Shown: positions 9,901-19,259, numbered from the stretch's first letter. The stretch: DNA of 42,312 nucleotides from Gemmatimonadales bacterium (GCA_038321865.1 JBBQFH010000029.1:1-42312), one strand, 5' to 3'. Notes: generated by a model not told the origin, from the letters alone. Numbers and translations: made by a program.

Positions 9901-10043
9901 CACTCGCCGCCGGCGTAATCGGCGGATCCATCACTGCCACGCTGGTCACCTTCTTCCTCCTGCCGACCGCGTATGCCGTCATCGAACGCCGCCGCGAACG
10001 GAAACGCGTCGCGACCGCCGCACTCGTGCCGACACCCGCGTGA
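6930..10043 (+). CDS. RND efflux permease subunit 1 (AcrB/MdtB-like)
   Basis: GTG start overlapping the adaptor stop (GTGA). AIRRPV N-terminus, LPVSLLPDV, INVLSLGGLALGVGMLVDNAIVVAE, RLRAIAMTSLTT. Confidence 0.95.
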   Translation: MSLSSYAIRRPVTTVAATIAVCLLGGISLGRLPVSLLPDVALPVLTIRTTYAGAAASEVSRFVAEPIEQAIAATPGLVELRSVSRNGEVTTTAHFAWGTDMPTTVLGMREKLDNARSQLPVAAERPTLLTSDPGERPIAVLALTGKGDLRSLARTAQDVHSRRLEQLDGVASVAVVGAPEDEIRIDVDPNRMRALGLSSDDIANGVKAANASAPGGTIRRGQFRFSVRALTEFRSPDQIGDTPVGPARSGIRLRDVATVRLTSADPVTVTRLDGKPAVGLVVYKDAGSNTVAVTRNINTAVATLTKEFPELKVTVVAAQAGFVNAALGNLVQEIVAGGALSLLVILLLLGDLRSSFAVALIVPLSVLVSLVVLQLLHVTINVLSLGGLALGVGMLVDNAIVVAEATARNREDGMPAIQAARSACEEVGGPLIAGTLTTLLVFGPIVFVRGLAAALFRDLSLSVVASLSASLLLALTLMPVMAIGRRGYREDAEGLGSSPLKIGKFDQLVGRLAPIGHRVAEGYEHGMAWCLARPRTVFAISIVTVILTVIVGLRLPREILPQVDEGVVVAALKLPEGTAIEESVRQAGRVETAARRLGASKVYARVGAATDEEMLSGADPGSSSTAQLIIRVPDRKKAGPFADSLRAAVPDLAQGALALDLAGQSEFGSLIGREGRLVRVEVSAGKSRDAEAWAEQARQAVAKLPSLADVRDAYSGTQPQVEIALERERIAEHGISVDEVSNALAGGLGGVKASELRETDRRTPIMVRFAGNANEDLTIALATTVHGVPLGQLVSVKDARAPIEVVRVGQRPVSVVEGVVERGGTARASADVNRTLAALPTPPGVRWAVTGADAEQRRTTSELSIVAVLSVALVFLVLAGEFGSFVAPTLIMLTVPLAGAGGIFVLWLTGQSLNAVSLIGMVVMIGIADNDAVVKLEAIQRFREQGYPLEEAIMRGGRQRLRAIAMTSLTTVVGVLPLVIGAGSGGQLYQPLAAGVIGGSITATLVTFFLLPTAYAVIERRRERKRVATAALVPTPA

Positions 10044-13000
10044 TTCGCTGGGCCGTGGGGCGCCCGGCGGTCATCTGGGCCATCTGTCTCTCGCTGCTCC
10101 TTTCCGGCGCCGTCGCCTTTGCCCGGCTGCCGCTGGCCGCGCGAACCACGGTCGAGCTGCCCACCCTGCAGGTGCGCGCCAGCTGGAACGGCGCGGCAGC
10201 CGAGCTGGTGGAGACCTACCTCACGTCTCCCATCGAGTCGGCGATCCAGTCGGTGCGCGGCGTCAAGCGCACCAGCAGCGTGTCCGGTGACGCGCAGTCG
10301 AGCATCACGGTGGAGCTCGAGCCCGACGCCAACATCCAGCTGACCCGCCTGGCCATCCTCGAGCGCATCGAGGTGCTGCGTCCCGACTTTCCCGCCGGCG
10401 CCGGCAGTCCCACGGTCAGTAATTACGTGCCGGATGATCTCGACGAGACGCCGCTCCTCACCTACTCCGTGTCCGGGCCGTACACCGCCGGTGCGCTCAG
10501 CAAGCTGGTGCGCGAGGCGATCACGCCGCGCGTGAGTGCGGTGCCCGGAGTGGCGGGTGTGAACAGCTTCGGCAGCGCCGAAATCGGCGTCGCGGTGGCC
10601 TACAACGGCGCCCGGCTCCGCGAGCTCGACATCTCGCCCGACGCGCTGCAGCGCGCCCTGGCCAATTCGCGGGTCGTCGCGGCGCTGGGTGACGAGCAGG
10701 TCGGAGCCACCGAGCGCCGCATCGTGCTGCGCGATCAGCCCGGCGTGATGGAGGATCTGGCCAACCTGCCGATCACCGGCGCCGGCGGGCGCATCTATCC
10801 GCTCGGCGAGCTCGCCACCATCCGGCAGGATGAGGACTCGCGCGGCATGTTCTTCCGGATCGACGGCGAGCCGGCCGTGTCGCTCACCATCGCGCGACTG
10901 CCCAACGCCGACGCGATCAAGACCGCTGCCAGCGCCCGCGCGGTCATGACGGACCTGGCCCGCACCCTTCCCGCCGGCGTCCGCCTCGTCGTCCGCTCGG
11001 ACGATACGGTGGACCTCAAGCGCGAGCTCAACGACCTGATTCTCCGCGGGCTGATCGCGTTCGCGGCTGTCATGCTGGTACTGGCGGTCACCCTCCGGAA
11101 CGCCAAGTCGGTCGGGCTCGTGATGGGAAGCGCCGCCGTGGCGATCGCCGGCACCGCGCTCGGTCTCTACCTCCTCCACATCCCCGCCAACCTCCTCACG
11201 CTGGCCGGGCTCGGCATGGGGATCGGCATTCTGGTGCAGGACGGCCTCATCGTGACCCTCCGGCTCCGGAGCCAGCCGGACACCCCGGCGGGGCGCGCGG
11301 AAGCGGGCCGGCTGATCGCACCGGCGGTCGTGGGATCCACCCTCACGACCGCGGTCGTCCTCTTCCCGTTTCTCTACCTGCAGGGCAACGCACGCGCCGC
11401 GTTCATCCCGTTCGCCGCGGCATTCACCCTCGCGCTGGGCTGGTCGGTGGTGTCATCGCTGCTCATGGTGCCGGCGCTCGGGGCGGGTCACGGGCTCTAC
11501 GATGCCGGCTGGCCGCGGACGGAGCGCGCATACCGCACGCTCGTCGGCGCGCTCACCCGGCGGCGCTGGATCACGATGACGGTCGCCGTGGCGGTGCTGG
11601 CGGTGCTCGCCTGGGGGTTCGTCAAGAAGGTCCCCAAGTCGGCCGGATTCGGCAGCTTCTTCGGCGAGCGCACCACCCTCGCCGTGCGGCTCGGCTTTCC
11701 CCGCGGGTCCGATCCCGAGGCGCTCGACCGCGGCATGCGCGACTTCGAGTCCATCGTCGTCGGCACGCCGGGAGTGGACCAGGTCATCACCCAGGGCACC
11801 GGTGACGGCGCGTTCATGCGCGTCGTGTTCGAGCGCGAGGCCGGGCTCGGGAGCCTGCCCTACGAGATGCAGGAGGCGCTCACGCAGCGCGCCCTCCTGA
11901 TCGGCGGCGCCGAGGTCAACGTGCAGGGGAAGGGACCCGGCTTCTACGCCGGCGGCGGTGGAGGCGGTGCCGTCTCCTACCGCATCAAGCTGCTGGGCTA
12001 CTCCTTCGACGGAGTAGAGCAGCTGGCGCTGGATCTCAAGAGCCGCCTGGAGCGGATTCCGCGGGTGAAGAGCGTGGACGTCAATGCCGGCAGCTTCTTC
12101 CGCCAGGAACGCGCATTTACCGTCACCCTGGAGCCCGATCGCGCGGCGCTCGCGCGCTACGGGCTGACCACCACCGACTTTGCCCGGGCCATCACCAGGG
12201 AAGTGCGCGGGCCCGTGGGCCAGCAGGCGATCGAGATCAACGGTGAGGAAACCAACGTTTCGCTCAAGGCCGCCGGCGCCCGGGACCGTTCCCTCGAGGA
12301 GCTCCGGGCCGCGCTGGTGCCCAACCCTGCCGGCGCGCCGGTGCGCGTCGGCGACCTCGCCCGGGTGGACGAGCGCGAAGGACTGAGCAGCATCAGCCGC
12401 GAGGATCAGCAGTACGTCCGCATCGTGAGCTATGACTTCCGCGGCCCCCAGAAGCTGGCTGACCGGACCCACAAGGCATTCATGGCCTCGATCTCGGTCC
12501 CGGCCGGCTACAGCGTCGGCGACGACGAGTTCTCCTGGGGCAACGACGACAGCACCAAGGGACTCTGGCTGGTCTTCGCCATCGGTGTGACGCTCGTGGT
12601 GCTCGCCGTGGCGATGGTGTTCGACTCGGTCTGGGCGGCGGCCATCGTGTTCGCCAGCCTGCCGTTCGCGCTGGCGGGCGTGGTCGCGGCGTTCTGGCTG
12701 GCCAAGGCGGCATTCACCCGGGAGGCGGCGGTCGGGGTCATCCTCGTGGTCGGATTGGCGGTCCACCAGGCGATCCTGCTGGTGGACGCCGCGCTCAACC
12801 GCCGGCGCCTGGCGCAGAAGGAAGGCCGCGGGCTCCGGCTGACCGCGGTGGAGGCAGCCGATGCCGCCGGCGAGCGGTCGGGAATGATCGTGCTGGTGAC
12901 GCTCACGACGCTGGCCAGCCTGCTGCCGTTGGCGATCGGCACCGATTCGGACAGCCTGTTCGGCGCGATCGCCCTGGCGACTACCGGCGGGACCATCTTC

Positions 13001-13084
13001 GGCACCCTCGGCGCGATGCTGGTGGTGCCCGCGATGGTGGTCGGGGGCAGACGGGTGTCCAGGACTCATACACCCCCTGTGTGA
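10040..13084 (+). CDS. RND efflux permease subunit 2 (divergent)
   Basis: GTGA overlap with permease 1. ETYLTSPIESAI, NLLTLAGLGMGIGILVQDG, TLTTLASLLPL; RND 12-TM layout. Confidence 0.93.
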   Translation: MIRWAVGRPAVIWAICLSLLLSGAVAFARLPLAARTTVELPTLQVRASWNGAAAELVETYLTSPIESAIQSVRGVKRTSSVSGDAQSSITVELEPDANIQLTRLAILERIEVLRPDFPAGAGSPTVSNYVPDDLDETPLLTYSVSGPYTAGALSKLVREAITPRVSAVPGVAGVNSFGSAEIGVAVAYNGARLRELDISPDALQRALANSRVVAALGDEQVGATERRIVLRDQPGVMEDLANLPITGAGGRIYPLGELATIRQDEDSRGMFFRIDGEPAVSLTIARLPNADAIKTAASARAVMTDLARTLPAGVRLVVRSDDTVDLKRELNDLILRGLIAFAAVMLVLAVTLRNAKSVGLVMGSAAVAIAGTALGLYLLHIPANLLTLAGLGMGIGILVQDGLIVTLRLRSQPDTPAGRAEAGRLIAPAVVGSTLTTAVVLFPFLYLQGNARAAFIPFAAAFTLALGWSVVSSLLMVPALGAGHGLYDAGWPRTERAYRTLVGALTRRRWITMTVAVAVLAVLAWGFVKKVPKSAGFGSFFGERTTLAVRLGFPRGSDPEALDRGMRDFESIVVGTPGVDQVITQGTGDGAFMRVVFEREAGLGSLPYEMQEALTQRALLIGGAEVNVQGKGPGFYAGGGGGGAVSYRIKLLGYSFDGVEQLALDLKSRLERIPRVKSVDVNAGSFFRQERAFTVTLEPDRAALARYGLTTTDFARAITREVRGPVGQQAIEINGEETNVSLKAAGARDRSLEELRAALVPNPAGAPVRVGDLARVDEREGLSSISREDQQYVRIVSYDFRGPQKLADRTHKAFMASISVPAGYSVGDDEFSWGNDDSTKGLWLVFAIGVTLVVLAVAMVFDSVWAAAIVFASLPFALAGVVAAFWLAKAAFTREAAVGVILVVGLAVHQAILLVDAALNRRRLAQKEGRGLRLTAVEAADAAGERSGMIVLVTLTTLASLLPLAIGTDSDSLFGAIALATTGGTIFGTLGAMLVVPAMVVGGRRVSRTHTPPV

Positions 13085-13122
13085 CCTGCGTCACACCGGA
13101 AGTGGCTCCCACGTTATATCCT
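13080..13122 (+). promoter_or_regulatory. CRP/FNR-family box TGTGA-N6-TCACA with a -10 element in class II geometry
   Basis: TGTGAcctgcgTCACA at 13080-13095 is a perfect CRP core. TATCCT at 13117-13122 starts 29.5 bp from the box centre. Confidence 0.55.
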
Positions 13123-13226
13123 GTCGCTCGGCAATCGCTCCATCTTTCAGGCATTCGCGTAATCCGTTTCGGTCGTCATTCTGGCGGCGCGACGGCGCGC
13201 GCCACAACCCGTACCGAGGATTCTGC

Positions 13227-14114
13227 ATGCGCAAACTGATACTCCTGGCCGCTATCGCCCTGACCGCCGCGGGCTGCGATGCCAGCAAGGAGAAGCTCGG
13301 CACCGCGATGGCCGACAACCAGCGGATCTCCGCCGAGAAGGACAGCCTCCTGACTGAGGTGATGGCCAACGCGACGCTGGTCAACGACATCAATACCGAA
13401 CTGGCCAAGGCGCGGAGCCTCGGCGCCAATCCGGTCGCCCCGGGCGAGGCCGGTGCCTCGGCCAATGGCGCCGATCGCCAGGTCGTGCTCGGCAAGATCC
13501 GCGATGCCATCACTCGTCTGAACGAGAGCGAGGCCCAGCTCGAGCGCAGCAAGACGCGCCTTGCCGCGATGACGAAGAAGGACACCCGCCTTATCGCCCA
13601 GATCAATCAGTACCAGAAGACGGTGACCGAGCTCAAGGCGACGATCGAGTCGCAGCAGGCCGAGTATACGGCGATCATCGACAGCCAGAAGGTCCAGATC
13701 GTGGCGCTGCATGCCACCGTGGACACCGCCCGTCAGGTCACCACGCAGCTCTCGACCGAGAAGCAGGCGCTGATCGATACGCTGAACACCGTCTATTATG
13801 TGGTCGGCACCAAGGATGAGCTGGTCAAGAAGGGTGTCGCGGTCCAGGAGGGCTCGAAGTTCCTGGTCTTCGGCGGGCACCACCTGGCGGCCGCGCGCTC
13901 ACTCACGCCGGCGCCGTTCGTCACGATCAACCGGATGCGCGACAGCACGATCGCGCTCCCGGACTCGACCAAGAGCTACAAGATCGTGACCCGCCAGGAC
14001 CCGGCGTTCGTCCAGCCGGCGGCCAAGGATGGGAAGCTCCGCGGCACGGTGCACATCACCTCGCCGGAGCAGTTCTGGGCTCCGTCGCGCTACCTGATCA
14101 TCGTTCAGAACTGA
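13227..14114 (+). CDS. Coiled-coil lipoprotein resembling the Bacteroidota Cbp1-like family
   Basis: Lipobox LTAAGC, long heptad region, C-terminal LNTVYYVVGTKDELVKKGV...ITSPEQFWAPSRYLII. Family assignment is from recall, not a search. Confidence 0.7.
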   Translation: MRKLILLAAIALTAAGCDASKEKLGTAMADNQRISAEKDSLLTEVMANATLVNDINTELAKARSLGANPVAPGEAGASANGADRQVVLGKIRDAITRLNESEAQLERSKTRLAAMTKKDTRLIAQINQYQKTVTELKATIESQQAEYTAIIDSQKVQIVALHATVDTARQVTTQLSTEKQALIDTLNTVYYVVGTKDELVKKGVAVQEGSKFLVFGGHHLAAARSLTPAPFVTINRMRDSTIALPDSTKSYKIVTRQDPAFVQPAAKDGKLRGTVHITSPEQFWAPSRYLIIVQN

Positions 14115-14153
14115 GTTGAGCCGTAAGTAGTTGCTCTGATTGATCTTAATGTA

Positions 14154-14195
14154 ACGTTGCGCCGTCGGTCCCGATCGGGATCGACGGCGCAATGT
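14154..14195. terminator. 42-bp near-perfect palindrome: probable terminator of the lipoprotein gene and/or cruciform-forming element upstream of gyrA
   Basis: ACGTTGCGCCGTCGGTCCCGA-TCGGGATCGACGGCGCAATGT. The two mismatches are G-U pairs on the + strand. No clear U-tract. Confidence 0.55.
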
Positions 14196-14386
14196 CGTAT
14201 AACTGGCCGATCACTGGCGTAATGTTGTAGGCAGAGGGACGGTGTGCCCGTGTGAGAAAGCCTAACACGCTGGAACATAAGAATTTGCAAGGCAGGTCGA
14301 GCGTTGCGCCGCGAGCCGCCCTTCTTTAATATTCGGCTTCCACGGCGTGCACCACGCCGGCCTCCACTTCCATTCGCCCAGCCGCC

Positions 14387-16876
14387 ATGACCGCACCCAA
14401 TTCGCGCGAACGCATCCTGCCTCGGCTCATCGAAGAGGAGATGCAGCAGTCGTTCATCAACTACTCGATGAGCGTCATCGTCTCCCGCGCCCTGCCGGAT
14501 GTCCGCGACGGGCTGAAGCCGGTGCACCGCCGCATCCTGTACGCCATGAATGAGCTGGGCCTGGTGCCGGGCCGGGCGTACAAGAAATCGGCGACGGTCG
14601 TGGGTGACGTGCTGGGCAAGTACCACCCGCACGGCGACAGCTCGGTCTACGATGCGATGGTCCGGATGGTCCAGGACTTTTCGCTGCGGTACCCGCTGGT
14701 GGACGGCCAGGGCAACTTCGGATCGGTCGACGGGGATCGGGCGGCGGCGTACCGGTACACCGAGGCCCGGCTGACCCGCGCCGCGATCGAGATGCTGGAG
14801 GACATCGACAAGAACACCGTCGACTTCCAGCCCAATTTCGACGACCGGCTGCAGGAACCGAGCGTTCTCCCGTCCAAGATTCCCAACCTCCTCATCAACG
14901 GGTCCAGCGGCATCGCCGTCGGCATGGCCACCAACATTCCGCCCCACAACCTGCGCGAGGTGGTGAAGGCGGTCGAGCTGCTGGTGGACGATCCCGAGAC
15001 GACCATCGAGTCGCTCCGGAAGGTCATCAAGGGTCCCGACTTCCCGACCGGCGCCTACATCTACGGGCGCCAGGGGATCAAGGACGCCTACGAGACCGGC
15101 CGCGGCCGGGTGGTGATGCGGGCGCGGGCGCAGATCGAGGAAAAGGAGTCCACCGGCAAGTCGCAGATCGTCATCACCGAGATCCCCTACCAGGTCAACA
15201 AGGAAAACCTGGTCAAGGCGATCGCCGAGCTGGTGAACGAGAAGAAGCTCGACGGCATCGCCGACGTGAACGACGAATCGGACAAGGACGGCATGCGGAT
15301 CGTCGTCAAGCTCAAGCGCGACGCGATTCCGAACGTGGTGCTGAACCAGCTGTACAAGCACACCACGATGCAGGCCACCTTCGGCGTGATCATGCTGGCG
15401 CTCGATAACGGCGCGCCCAAGATCATGAACCTGAAGCAGCTGCTCGAACGCTTCATCCAGCATCGCCACACCGTCATCGTCCGCCGGACGCAGTTCGATC
15501 TCGACGCGGCGCTGGCCCGGGAGCACATCCTCGAGGGCCTCAAGATCGCGGTCGACAACATCGACGAGGTGATCAAGATCATCCGCGGGTCGGAGGACAC
15601 TCCGACGGCCGATGCGCGGCTCCGGAAGCGCTTCGGGCTGAGCGAGAAGCAGACCGACGCCATTCTCAACATGCGCCTGGCCCGCCTCACCGGCCTGGAA
15701 ATCGACAAGCTCGAGGCCGAGCTGGCCGAAGTCCGCGGCACCATCAAGGAGCTCAAGGGGATCCTTGCCTCCAAATCGAAGCGCATGGAGATCCTCAAGG
15801 CCGAGATGGCCGAGATGGCGGACAAGCACGGGGACGAGCGGCGCACCGAGATCCTCTCCGACCAGGGGGACTTCTCGGTCGAGGATCTGATCGCCGAGGA
15901 GGACATGGTCATCACCGTGTCCCACACCGGCTACATCAAGCGGATCGCGGTGTCGGCGTACAAGAAGCAGCGCCGCGGCGGCCGGGGCCTGACCGGCACC
16001 GACCTCAAGGCGGACGACTGGGTCGAGCACCTCTTCATCGCCAGCACCCACGACTACCTCATGTTCTTCACCAATGAGGGACAGGTCTACTGGCTCAAGG
16101 TGCACGAGATTCCGCAGGCGAGCCGGGCGGCACGCGGCAAGCCGATCATCAACTGCATCGCGATCCGGGCCAACGAGACGATCGCGGCGCTGGTGCCGGT
16201 GCGGGAGTTCGTCGAGGACAAGTCGCTCATTTTCGCCACCCAGAACGGCACGGTGAAGAAGACGGTGCTGTCGGCCTACGGGAACGTGCGCGCCGCCGGC
16301 ATCAACGCGATCAACATCGAGAAGGGTGACGAGTTGATCGACGTGCAGGTGTGCGACGCCAGCAGCGACATCGTCCTCGCCACCAGCACCGGCATGAGCA
16401 TCCGGTTCCACCAGGGCGACGTGCGGGACATGGGCCGGGCCACCACCGGCGTGAAGGGCATCGAGCTCGACAAGGACGATCGGGTCATCGGAATGGTCGT
16501 GGTCCGCCGGGACGCGACGCTGCTGTGCGTGAGCGAGAAGGGCTACGGCAAGCGGTCCGAGCTCACCGAGTACCGGGTCCAGCGGCGCGGCGGCAAGGGG
16601 ATCATCACCTTCAAGGTCACCGACAAGACCGGCAATATCGTGGCGCTCAAGGAAGTGATTCCGGACGACGAGCTCATGATGATCACGCGGCACGGCGTCA
16701 TCATCCGGGTGCCGGTGGACGGGATCCGGGTCATCGGCCGCAACACGCAGGGCGTCAAGGTCATGAATCTCGACGACGGCGACACGCTGGTCGATGTGGC
16801 GCGGGTCGTGAAGGAGGACGAGAGCGGCCAGGAGGAGGTCAGCGGTGAGGTGACGCCGACCGCCGCGGTGGAGTAG
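14387..16876 (+). CDS. gyrA: DNA gyrase subunit A
   Basis: [29 protein letters not shown] catalytic Tyr, GyrA-box QRRGGRG, beta-pinwheel repeats, acidic tail. Confidence 0.98.
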   Translation: MTAPNSRERILPRLIEEEMQQSFINYSMSVIVSRALPDVRDGLKPVHRRILYAMNELGLVPGRAYKKSATVVGDVLGKYHPHGDSSVYDAMVRMVQDFSLRYPLVDGQGNFGSVDGDRAAAYRYTEARLTRAAIEMLEDIDKNTVDFQPNFDDRLQEPSVLPSKIPNLLINGSSGIAVGMATNIPPHNLREVVKAVELLVDDPETTIESLRKVIKGPDFPTGAYIYGRQGIKDAYETGRGRVVMRARAQIEEKESTGKSQIVITEIPYQVNKENLVKAIAELVNEKKLDGIADVNDESDKDGMRIVVKLKRDAIPNVVLNQLYKHTTMQATFGVIMLALDNGAPKIMNLKQLLERFIQHRHTVIVRRTQFDLDAALAREHILEGLKIAVDNIDEVIKIIRGSEDTPTADARLRKRFGLSEKQTDAILNMRLARLTGLEIDKLEAELAEVRGTIKELKGILASKSKRMEILKAEMAEMADKHGDERRTEILSDQGDFSVEDLIAEEDMVITVSHTGYIKRIAVSAYKKQRRGGRGLTGTDLKADDWVEHLFIASTHDYLMFFTNEGQVYWLKVHEIPQASRAARGKPIINCIAIRANETIAALVPVREFVEDKSLIFATQNGTVKKTVLSAYGNVRAAGINAINIEKGDELIDVQVCDASSDIVLATSTGMSIRFHQGDVRDMGRATTGVKGIELDKDDRVIGMVVVRRDATLLCVSEKGYGKRSELTEYRVQRRGGKGIITFKVTDKTGNIVALKEVIPDDELMMITRHGVIIRVPVDGIRVIGRNTQGVKVMNLDDGDTLVDVARVVKEDESGQEEVSGEVTPTAAVE

Positions 16877-16886
16877 CTTACCGCTC

Positions 16887-17828
16887 GTGATAGCGATCGA
16901 GTCGATCCGGCGCGCCGCTGCCGCCCTCGCGGGGGGGGGGGTGCGCACGCCGCTGGTGACCGTGCCGGCGGCGCTCCTGCCGGGGCCTCCCGTCGGCCTC
17001 AAGTGCGAGCAGCTCCAGCCGGTCGGTGCCTTCAAGCTGCGCGGTGCCTTCACCGCCATCAGCCGGCTCTCCGACGCCGATCGCGCGCGTGGCGTCATCA
17101 CGCACTCGAGTGGCAACCACGGCCAGGCCGTCGCGTTCGTGGCACGGCACTTCGGCATTCGGGCCATCATCGTCATGCCCGCCGACGCGCCGGCCATCAA
17201 GGCGGACGCCGTCCGGCGATATGGCGGCGAGATCGAGATCGTGACCGATCGGGCCCAGCGGCAGCCTCGCTGCGAGGAGCTGGCCCGCGAGCACGGGATG
17301 GTGATGGTGCCGCCCTATGAAAATCCCGACGTGATCGCGGGGCAGGGCACCTGCGGAGTCGAGATCCTGGAGCAATGGCCCGAGGTCGAGGCCATCGTGG
17401 TCCAGGTTGGGGGAGGCGGGCTGATCGCGGGCATCGCATCGGCCGTGAGCGCGCTCAGGCCTTCGGTCGAGGTGATCGCGGTGGAGCCGGACGGCGCGCC
17501 CAAGCTCGCCCGCGCGCTCGCGGCGGGCCACCCCGTCCGGCTGGACAGCGCCCGCAGCATCGCCGACGGGCTGCTGCCCTTCCAGATCGGTGCACTGCCC
17601 TTCGAGGTGATGAGCGGAATCGTCCGGCGGGCGGTGCAGGTGTCCGACGCCGAGATCGGCGCGGCGGTGAAGTTCCTGCACGACCGGATGCAGCTCGATG
17701 TCGAGCCGTCTGGCGCCGCTGCCTTTGCCGCCGTGCTCGCCGGTCGCGTGGTGCCCTCGGGACCGACGGTCGCGATCCTGAGCGGCGGCAACGTGGATCC
17801 CGATCTCTTTCACCGTCTGGTGCACTGA
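16887..17828 (+). CDS. PLP-dependent threonine/serine dehydratase (serine racemase-like, no regulatory domain)
   Basis: LKCEQLQPVGAFKLRGA (PLP Lys), SSGNHGQAVA, GQGT, VGGGGLIAG, EPSGAA, LSGGNVD. Confidence 0.93.
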   Translation: MIAIESIRRAAAALAGGGVRTPLVTVPAALLPGPPVGLKCEQLQPVGAFKLRGAFTAISRLSDADRARGVITHSSGNHGQAVAFVARHFGIRAIIVMPADAPAIKADAVRRYGGEIEIVTDRAQRQPRCEELAREHGMVMVPPYENPDVIAGQGTCGVEILEQWPEVEAIVVQVGGGGLIAGIASAVSALRPSVEVIAVEPDGAPKLARALAAGHPVRLDSARSIADGLLPFQIGALPFEVMSGIVRRAVQVSDAEIGAAVKFLHDRMQLDVEPSGAAAFAAVLAGRVVPSGPTVAILSGGNVDPDLFHRLVH

Positions 17829-19259
17829 ATGAGCCTGGCGCCCAAGATCCTCGTGGCCGATGACGATCAGGCGCTGTCGCGGACGCTCTCCTGGATTCTG
17901 AAGGAGAATGGCTACGAGGTCGTGGCGATTCCCGGCGGAGAGCACCTGTTCGAGCACCTCGCCTCCGATCAGTTCGATCTGCTGCTCCTCGACATCATGA
18001 TGCCGAAGGTGGACGGGCTGCAGCTGCTCCAGCGGGTGAAAAGCGATCCGAGATACAAGGACCTGCCGGTCCTCATGATCTCGTCAATGCCTCCCGAGGA
18101 AGCCACCGTCAGGAGCCTCGGGCTCGGCGCCGCCGATTTCATTCCGAAGCCGTTCCGGGTGCGCGAGCTGCTGGCCCGGGTGCGTGCCCACCTGCGGGTC
18201 GGGCGCGAGCTCAACCAGGCCAAGGCCGAGGCGCGCTCGCGCAACGAGATGATGGAGATCCTGCAGGAGGTCACGGCGTCGCTCAAGCCGGACGAGATCT
18301 ATCAGATCCTCGTGCGCCGCGTGGCGCAGGGCCTGAAGATCTCCCGCTGTTCCATCATTCTCGCCGGCGCGGGGGAAGAGAGCGGCACTGTCGTCGCCGC
18401 CTACGAGAACCCGACGCTCCAGAGCCTGGGCGTGGACCTCCGCCGCTACCCCGAGATTCAGCACGCATTGGCCACGGGTGAGGTAGTGCTGGTGCAGGAC
18501 GTCGCGACCGATCCCCTGTTTCGTGGCTTGCGGACGGAGTGGGAGAGCCAGGGGCGTGACCTTCCGTGCCGCTCCGCCATCGCGCTGCGCTTTTCGCTGC
18601 GGGACACGCCCGCCGGAGTCTTCTTCCTCCGCACGACCGGTGAGGACGTCCCGCTCAACCAGAGCGACGTCCAGTTCGCCGAGGAGGTGATCAACGCGGC
18701 GGTGGCGGCGCTGGAGAAGGCGTACGACCTCGAGACGGCCGTCACGGGGCAGGAAGCGCTCCGCCACCTGGCCGAGACCGATCCGCTGACGAGCACGTAC
18801 AACCGCCGGGCGCTCACCGAGAAGCTCGAGCAGGAGATGGACCGGGCCGCACGTTACGCCACGATGCTGACCTGCATGATGATCGACATCGACAACTTCA
18901 AGCAGATCAACGATACCCACGGCCATCTCGCGGGCGACCTGATCCTCAAGCAACTGGCCGCGCTGCTCAAGCGCGAGCTGCGCTCGCCCGACATCGTGGC
19001 CCGCTACGGCGGCGAGGAATTCGTGGTGTTGCTGCCGGAGACGAACAGCATCGAGTCGCGGAACTTCGCCGATCGCGTCCTCAAGCGCGTTTCATCGTAC
19101 GACTTCGGGGAGCCGGGGAAGCCGGTCTGGGTCACCATCAGCATCGGGCTCGCGTCGTTCCCCGACCAGCGCATCACCGACGGCCGCTCCCTGCTGGAGC
19201 TGGCCGACAACCATCTGTATCGCGCCAAGAGCGAGGGTCGCAACCGTTTCCGGGACTGA
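17829..19259 (+). CDS. Diguanylate cyclase with REC, GAF-like and GGDEF domains
   Basis: REC (VADDD, LLDIMMPKVDG, FIPKPF), central GAF-like segment, TDPLT, DIDNFKQINDTHGHLAGD, RSPD I-site, RYGGEEF active site. Confidence 0.95.
   Translation: MSLAPKILVADDDQALSRTLSWILKENGYEVVAIPGGEHLFEHLASDQFDLLLLDIMMPKVDGLQLLQRVKSDPRYKDLPVLMISSMPPEEATVRSLGLGAADFIPKPFRVRELLARVRAHLRVGRELNQAKAEARSRNEMMEILQEVTASLKPDEIYQILVRRVAQGLKISRCSIILAGAGEESGTVVAAYENPTLQSLGVDLRRYPEIQHALATGEVVLVQDVATDPLFRGLRTEWESQGRDLPCRSAIALRFSLRDTPAGVFFLRTTGEDVPLNQSDVQFAEEVINAAVAALEKAYDLETAVTGQEALRHLAETDPLTSTYNRRALTEKLEQEMDRAARYATMLTCMMIDIDNFKQINDTHGHLAGDLILKQLAALLKRELRSPDIVARYGGEEFVVLLPETNSIESRNFADRVLKRVSSYDFGEPGKPVWVTISIGLASFPDQRITDGRSLLELADNHLYRAKSEGRNRFRD

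Noticed and set aside
14620..14770. Quinolone-resistance or catalytic variant in GyrA ([15 protein letters not shown])
   Set aside because: Ser83 and Asp87 equivalents and the catalytic Tyr are retained, so this looks like ordinary lineage variation.
14105..17200. 1031-aa antisense ORF over gyrA, and similar long shadow ORFs (3461-5521, 6753-9287, 11453-13069, 33659-35638)
   Set aside because: They lie opposite or out of frame with clearly conserved genes, have no recognisable motifs, and are expected from stop-codon scarcity in high-GC DNA.
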